A stretch of 64,000 nt of DNA from Escherichia phage vB_EcoM-fFiEco06: sequence record NC_054914.1, one strand, 5' to 3'. The notes below the pieces were generated by a model. The model was not told where the DNA came from. It searched no databases and worked only from the letters and a program-made list of their open reading frames with translations. The first letter of the stretch is position 1, and every line of letters starts with the position of its first letter. Positions 59,244 through 64,000 of the stretch are shown here, piece by piece. Both the position numbers and the translations under genes were made by a program.

Positions 59244-59692
59244 TCAACAATCACAATTTCTAATTTAGAGGAATATGTATCTAAAATCCCCTCAATAATA
59301 TCCCAGTTCCCTTTACCTATGCCTGCACCAATCCTAGGCATATAGATTGTAGGTTTAATCAGTTTATTTTCACCAAACTCATTTAATTCTAACATACAAT
59401 TCATTAAAGCGGAATACTCAAAATTTGGCCCTGGTTGAAATTGAGTATAAAGGTTGAAGCAATACGCTTTATGAGTCCTAAAGTATTTTTCATAGACTGA
59501 GTAAGAACCGAGTTTAGTTACATCACCCCATTCAGTCTGTAATTTATCAGCTTCCAAAATTTTAGGGAAAGCTTTGGTTAATTGACCCGCTACGCCTGAA
59601 CCCATAGTATGAAAACAATTGCATCCATGCGCAATATTTTTACCTTCAGCGAAAAGGGCGACAATATCGCCCTTGATATATTTTACAATCAT
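59225..59692 (-). CDS. macro domain protein (ADP-ribose binding or processing)
   Basis: 155 aa; GDI ... NIAHGCNCFHTMGSGVAGQ and IYMPRIGAGIGKGNWD resemble macro-domain signatures. Confidence 0.6.
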   Translation of the reverse strand: MIVKYIKGDIVALFAEGKNIAHGCNCFHTMGSGVAGQLTKAFPKILEADKLQTEWGDVTKLGSYSVYEKYFRTHKAYCFNLYTQFQPGPNFEYSALMNCMLELNEFGENKLIKPTIYMPRIGAGIGKGNWDIIEGILDTYSSKLEIVIVDWEPLL

Positions 59693-60030
59693 CTAGTACT
59701 CAATCCTCGATTATAAGAATCTACCAAACGGTCAACCATTGAATGACAAGCGGCTTTATCTTTCTCCTCCGCAACTGAACATTCTAAGGTATTCCACTTT
59801 TTAGCATATCGTTTTAATAATGTATCGTTTTTGTATCTGCTTGATTTATCTCTTTCTCCGTCTTTATATGCATATATTAATTTCTGCGCAAATTCAGCTT
59901 GGCATGCTTTATTTTTCCCACAATAATCTGCCGCAGTGCGATTTACATATTCTCTAATTTCAGTATATGATGTATCTGCTAACGCAGAAAATGAAATTAA
60001 TCCTATACATAAAACCAAAATTTTAGTCAT
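59689..60030 (-). CDS. secreted hypothetical protein
   Basis: 113 aa with signal peptide and four cysteines. Confidence 0.55.
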   Translation of the reverse strand: MTKILVLCIGLISFSALADTSYTEIREYVNRTAADYCGKNKACQAEFAQKLIYAYKDGERDKSSRYKNDTLLKRYAKKWNTLECSVAEEKDKAACHSMVDRLVDSYNRGLSTR

Positions 60031-60568
60031 TTACTATTTCCAAAAGTTTATTATTTTTAAGGTAATTAGCCTTTTCTAGGACTTCAGAAGCATATTTAGA
60101 ACCTGCTTTAACATTCCATCCCGAATTATAAGATGATATTGCTTTTCTTATATCGCCCTTATGTATATTTAACCAATAAGAAAGTTCAATGTACGCCCAG
60201 GAAGCTGAATTGGATCGTTTATTCAACATTCTTTTTATTTCAGCATCGGTCATATTATAACCAAGTTCCTTAACTCTTGCTCGCATAGTAGGCAAATAAT
60301 TTTGGAACATTCCATAAGCGTGATGCTTTGGTTTAGATTTTAAATTAACTCCGCCAGAGCTTTCTTGCCATAAAATGGCTGCCATTATATGGCCTAATCC
60401 GCTCTTGTGGATGTTTTTGTGTGTTTTATATTTTCCATCCTTAGAAAATTGTTCCCCGAATTGATACGCGTAACGCATGTTATCGAGTTGGACATTACTG
60501 AAAGTATGCTCGGAGCTATGTGCCATCATTGAAATGGCCAATAGACCAGCGAGTAGTGCTTTTCTCAT
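60023..60568 (-). CDS. secreted lytic transglycosylase-like protein
   Basis: 181 aa with signal peptide; WQESSGG and YGMFQ resemble SLT-domain catalytic region. Confidence 0.55.
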   Translation of the reverse strand: MRKALLAGLLAISMMAHSSEHTFSNVQLDNMRYAYQFGEQFSKDGKYKTHKNIHKSGLGHIMAAILWQESSGGVNLKSKPKHHAYGMFQNYLPTMRARVKELGYNMTDAEIKRMLNKRSNSASWAYIELSYWLNIHKGDIRKAISSYNSGWNVKAGSKYASEVLEKANYLKNNKLLEIVND

Positions 60569-60575
60569 GCTTACC

Positions 60576-61037
60576 TCATTGAGTTTTAATTACTGCTTTA
60601 GAAGCCTTTCCTGGTAAACGACGACTGTTGATAATTGCCATCCTGCATTGAAGTGACGGGTTTTTGAACTTCTCATTAGGCTTACAAACCGTAAATCCAA
60701 GCCAAAGATTTCCATCTGTGATTTCTAAACGTCCAGGACGATATTCAACCCCATCAATAAAATCCTCGTCAATGTCAGGACGCGGAGGCATACTCAGGAA
60801 TTCATTAACTTCTAAAACATGGTCTTTTATTTTATGGAATAATTCAAAAACATATGTCTCATCAATCTCCCGTTGAATTGCACGATCAAGAAGATGTTGA
60901 GAATATTTTAGATGAAACGATGAGACTCCTGCTGCTTTTGATGCCTCACGAATCTCATTGTTAATTTGACGAAACTCCGACTCAAAATGACGACGAAGCT
61001 TATTTCGACGGATAAAAACTTCTGTATTGATAGTCAT
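60576..61037 (-). CDS. regB: RegB site-specific endoribonuclease
   Basis: 153 aa; recalled as T4 RegB. Confidence 0.85.
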   Translation of the reverse strand: MTINTEVFIRRNKLRRHFESEFRQINNEIREASKAAGVSSFHLKYSQHLLDRAIQREIDETYVFELFHKIKDHVLEVNEFLSMPPRPDIDEDFIDGVEYRPGRLEITDGNLWLGFTVCKPNEKFKNPSLQCRMAIINSRRLPGKASKAVIKTQ

Positions 61038-61064
61038 GTTGTTCTCCTCTTAACTGATAGAAAA

Positions 61065-61094
61065 ATTATACCACAGTCAAGAGGAAAAGTAAAC
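61065..61094 (-). promoter_or_regulatory. early promoter upstream of regB
   Basis: GTTTAC-N18-TATAAT. Confidence 0.6.
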
Positions 61095-61096
61095 AG

Positions 61097-61417
61097 TTAT
61101 TCTTTAAATCTAATCAATTTATTCATAGACTTTGAAACTTCTGCACGAACCTCATGTAGATTTTTGAGCTGTTCAAGACGCTGCGTATAGTAAGCAATTT
61201 CATCTTCTTCGAGACAGTCCTGTGAATCTTCTTTAAGATACCGTGCATAGTCCTGGAAAGCGTTACGGACTACTTCCTGGAAGTCATCAAGACTTTGAAT
61301 TTTCTTAGGAGCAGCAGACACACGACGAGGGGCAGTATAATACTCATAACCAAACCCTGCGCTTAATTGAGCCATTAGTATTTTTCCTCTGGTTGGAACA
61401 CAGCACGACAAGCCCAC
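61097..61417 (-). CDS. hypothetical protein
   Basis: 106 aa ORF. Confidence 0.5.
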   Translation of the reverse strand: MGLSCCVPTRGKILMAQLSAGFGYEYYTAPRRVSAAPKKIQSLDDFQEVVRNAFQDYARYLKEDSQDCLEEDEIAYYTQRLEQLKNLHEVRAEVSKSMNKLIRFKE

Positions 61418-61677
61418 ATACTGGCTTCTTTGAGTTTCGTTTTAGCAATAGCTAACTGATCGAGGCTTTCAGCATAATTCTTCGCGAGTTCAAAGTCTTC
61501 GCAATTATCTAGTGCTTCCCAGAATTCATCATATAAAGCATCAAAGATAAGTCCTAAACGAACTTCAGCGTCTTTAATAGCATTTACTTTACCGATTTTT
61601 TCGTCGGTATGTGGCTTATAACCTTTAATATCTTCAATCATATTTGACTTCCTCACCAGTACATAAATCGTATTCAA
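61375..61677 (-). CDS. hypothetical protein
   Basis: 100 aa ORF; start uncertain. Confidence 0.5.
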   Translation of the reverse strand: MNTIYVLVRKSNMIEDIKGYKPHTDEKIGKVNAIKDAEVRLGLIFDALYDEFWEALDNCEDFELAKNYAESLDQLAIAKTKLKEASMWACRAVFQPEEKY

Positions 61678-61855
61678 CTAAACGAATAGGTTCATGAATG
61701 CCATATCCCTGAACAGAAATTTCTGTCGTAGGATAAATTCCACTAATATCACCCATATTCCACGCTTCATTAAATTGATGTTCGCCTGAATTACTAAACC
61801 ATTCTGCGAAAGCATTTAACACATCTTTAGAACCTTCAATAATTATCTTTGCCAT
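61634..61855 (-). CDS. hypothetical protein
   Basis: 73 aa ORF. Confidence 0.5.
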   Translation of the reverse strand: MAKIIIEGSKDVLNAFAEWFSNSGEHQFNEAWNMGDISGIYPTTEISVQGYGIHEPIRLVEYDLCTGEEVKYD

Positions 61856-62217
61856 TACAAGCTCTCAGTAAAGGTACGAGCGATAACGTCGCGCTGCTGT
61901 TCCGGAGTCAGAGAGTTAAAGCGAACTGCATAACCGGATACACGGATGGTCAGCTGCGGATATTTTTCCGGATGCTTAACTGCATCTTCCAGAGTTTCAC
62001 GACGCAGAACGTTAACGTTCAGGTGTTGACCACCTTCAATTTTAACTGTAGGCTGTGTCTCAATTTCAATTTCACGGGCATGCAAACCATAGAAAATTTC
62101 TGGGTCTACAAAAGAGTCCTCTTTAAAGGTTTTAGAGACAATAATTCGTGCTTGAATACCATCTTCAAAATAAATAGTACCTTTATGTGTGCCTTCAAGA
62201 ATTTGATATGCTTTCAT
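61855..62217 (-). CDS. GrcA/YfiD-like autonomous glycyl radical cofactor
   Basis: 120 aa; C-terminus [29 protein letters not shown] matches the glycyl-radical domain of pyruvate formate-lyase / E. coli YfiD; local GC content visibly higher. Confidence 0.8.
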   Translation of the reverse strand: MKAYQILEGTHKGTIYFEDGIQARIIVSKTFKEDSFVDPEIFYGLHAREIEIETQPTVKIEGGQHLNVNVLRRETLEDAVKHPEKYPQLTIRVSGYAVRFNSLTPEQQRDVIARTFTESL

Positions 62218-62223
62218 ATAACC

Positions 62224-62604
62224 TCAATTAGAAAATAAATTTATCCAAGATTGTTCTTTAATTAAAAATGGCTCAGAATCATATGCCATTAAACTCTGTG
62301 TGATTAGTCCTTTAAAAGGCCCATCAATAAATTCCATGGTAAAATATGGAATTTTATTCATTAGCCGTGCATTAGGAGCCGTGCACAAAACTCTGCATCC
62401 TTTGAATACGCCTTTTTGTAATTTGTATTGCTTGGGATAAAATTCGCTCAAAATGTTATTTTTTGCCAAAATTTCAAAATGATTCACCAATTTATTTTTA
62501 ATAGTTTTTGGCGAAAAATAAAGATATTCGAAAAGCTGAGTGTCTGTCATCATTGCATTCCGATTACGAAAAACTGTGGACGAGTAATACCACCAATGCA
62601 ACAT
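62224..62604 (-). CDS. hypothetical protein
   Basis: 126 aa ORF; alternative ATG at 62550 would abut upstream stop. Confidence 0.5.
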   Translation of the reverse strand: MLHWWYYSSTVFRNRNAMMTDTQLFEYLYFSPKTIKNKLVNHFEILAKNNILSEFYPKQYKLQKGVFKGCRVLCTAPNARLMNKIPYFTMEFIDGPFKGLITQSLMAYDSEPFLIKEQSWINLFSN

Positions 62605-63089
62605 TTAATATTACAGCAGCAGTGTACAGTGTCAATATGGACACTATAAATCTTATCCATATCAGGAGATTTGACAGGCTCATCAATTATATACAAAATT
62701 CGCGAAAGCGATAAACCTCTGAACTTGCTTCCTTTATTACCAATAAAACTGCGTACAGAATCAGTAAATAAACGAAAACGTATATCATCATTAGAATAAC
62801 GTGAAAATTCCTTTTTAATGTTATTTGCAGAAATTTTAGCGTAAGCTGAAGTATTAGAAAGAACAATAACTGTTCCGCCATCATACAACCAATTAGCAGC
62901 AAAGTTAGTCACAGCAATTGATTTACCAGATTGACGTCCACCGTCTAGTCGAAGTGTGCAATACTGTTTAAGTAAGTCTTCAAATGGCGGGATATATTCG
63001 TTTTTACAAATTTCTTCTACTCTAGCATCAGAATGGTGTGTAAAAGCATTCATCAGGGATAGATAAGGACCAGTTAAAAATGTTCTCAT
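62550..63089 (-). CDS. P-loop protein with C-terminal cysteine cluster
   Basis: Walker A GGRQSGKS; C-terminal HCCCNIKCC; ATG at 63089 preferred over track start 63137. Confidence 0.45.
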   Translation of the reverse strand: MRTFLTGPYLSLMNAFTHHSDARVEEICKNEYIPPFEDLLKQYCTLRLDGGRQSGKSIAVTNFAANWLYDGGTVIVLSNTSAYAKISANNIKKEFSRYSNDDIRFRLFTDSVRSFIGNKGSKFRGLSLSRILYIIDEPVKSPDMDKIYSVHIDTVHCCCNIKCCIGGITRPQFFVIGMQ

Positions 63090-63234
63090 TTTGTTCTCTC
63101 TAGGTTTGGGCCATTCCATGGCGCATGAATTGTCCATTTCTGTATTTACCCATTACCGCACTTGGGCTCGACCTTATTACAGGTTGGCGGGAATCCCTCA
63201 CAGAATCATGAGGTCCAGGTTATTCCCATGTTAT

Positions 63235-63651
63235 TTAAATGTAAATATTTTTGCCGTAATACTTATACCAGTGTGGCTTCATTAAAATTTTTTCATCGAG
63301 TCGTTGTTGACTCAACTTAATAGCTGATTTACATGGATTATAATCATTTTTCCATTCTACTGGAATATCGCTGATGTCAGGAACTTCAGTATCTTTTATA
63401 CTGAACCCGCGTTTTAAGCATTCCGTTATAATGTCCGATTGACGCTTTCGCAAAAATTCTAACTTATCGTAAAAGAAAGTAACATGACCAGAACCTAAAA
63501 TAAATTTAGAAGATATTTTAAAATCTTTAACGCGCTTACCGTTTGCCACATGCTTACGAACTATACCAAAAACACGCGGCAATTCACGGTATTCTGCGAT
63601 TAAATGTTGATCAGCAAGTTCAGATACTAAAGTCAAATTAATACGAGTCAT
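63235..63651 (-). CDS. denV: endonuclease V (pyrimidine dimer DNA glycosylase)
   Basis: 138 aa; [17 protein letters not shown] recalled as T4 DenV. Confidence 0.9.
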   Translation of the reverse strand: MTRINLTLVSELADQHLIAEYRELPRVFGIVRKHVANGKRVKDFKISSKFILGSGHVTFFYDKLEFLRKRQSDIITECLKRGFSIKDTEVPDISDIPVEWKNDYNPCKSAIKLSQQRLDEKILMKPHWYKYYGKNIYI

Positions 63652-63676
63652 TTTATCCCTCCAAGTAACTGTGAAT

Positions 63677-63706
63677 ATACTATCACAATTCTAGGAGAAA
63701 GTAAAC
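63677..63706 (-). promoter_or_regulatory. early promoter upstream of denV
   Basis: GTTTAC-N18-TAGTAT. Confidence 0.55.
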
Positions 63707-63710
63707 AACT

Positions 63711-64000
<290 letters not shown>

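Overview
This window reads as the early/middle-gene arm of a T-even (T4-like) coliphage, running from rIIA (12..2189) to the 3' part of the lysozyme gene e (63711..64000, truncated by the window end). It holds about 125 tightly packed CDS, nearly all on the minus strand, often with ATGA/TAATG stop-start overlaps. Intergenic gaps carry GTTTAC-N18-TATAAT-type early promoters and C(UUCG)G tetraloop hairpins. Genes I recognise by sequence and order: rIIA, topoisomerase II large subunit (39), dexA, dda, modA/modB, soc, 56, dam, 61, sp, 41, uvsX, 42, imm, 43, regA, 62/44/45, 46/47, a-gt, 55, nrdG/nrdD, 49, nrdC, rI, tk, regB, denV, e. I found no tRNA, rRNA, CRISPR array or integrase. Compared with T4 as I remember it, the topoisomerase gene is one continuous ORF (no gene 60 split or bypass), nrdD is uninterrupted (no intron), a GT-A-like glycosyltransferase sits where beta-gt would be, and denV abuts e with no internal-protein genes between. 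All identifications are from reading the translations and from memory; no database search was run. I did not find a convincing new multi-gene system. The best leads are a PD-(D/E)xK-like ORF coupled to dam, a Pol-beta-type nucleotidyltransferase, a macro-domain protein, a host-like GrcA/YfiD gene, a plus-strand HNH endonuclease behind a late promoter, tandem paralog arrays, and a 45-bp repeat that duplicates the 3' end of the pin-like gene. The ORF track calls some starts at GTG/TTG; where an in-frame ATG with a Shine-Dalgarno lies just downstream I give the shorter coordinates.
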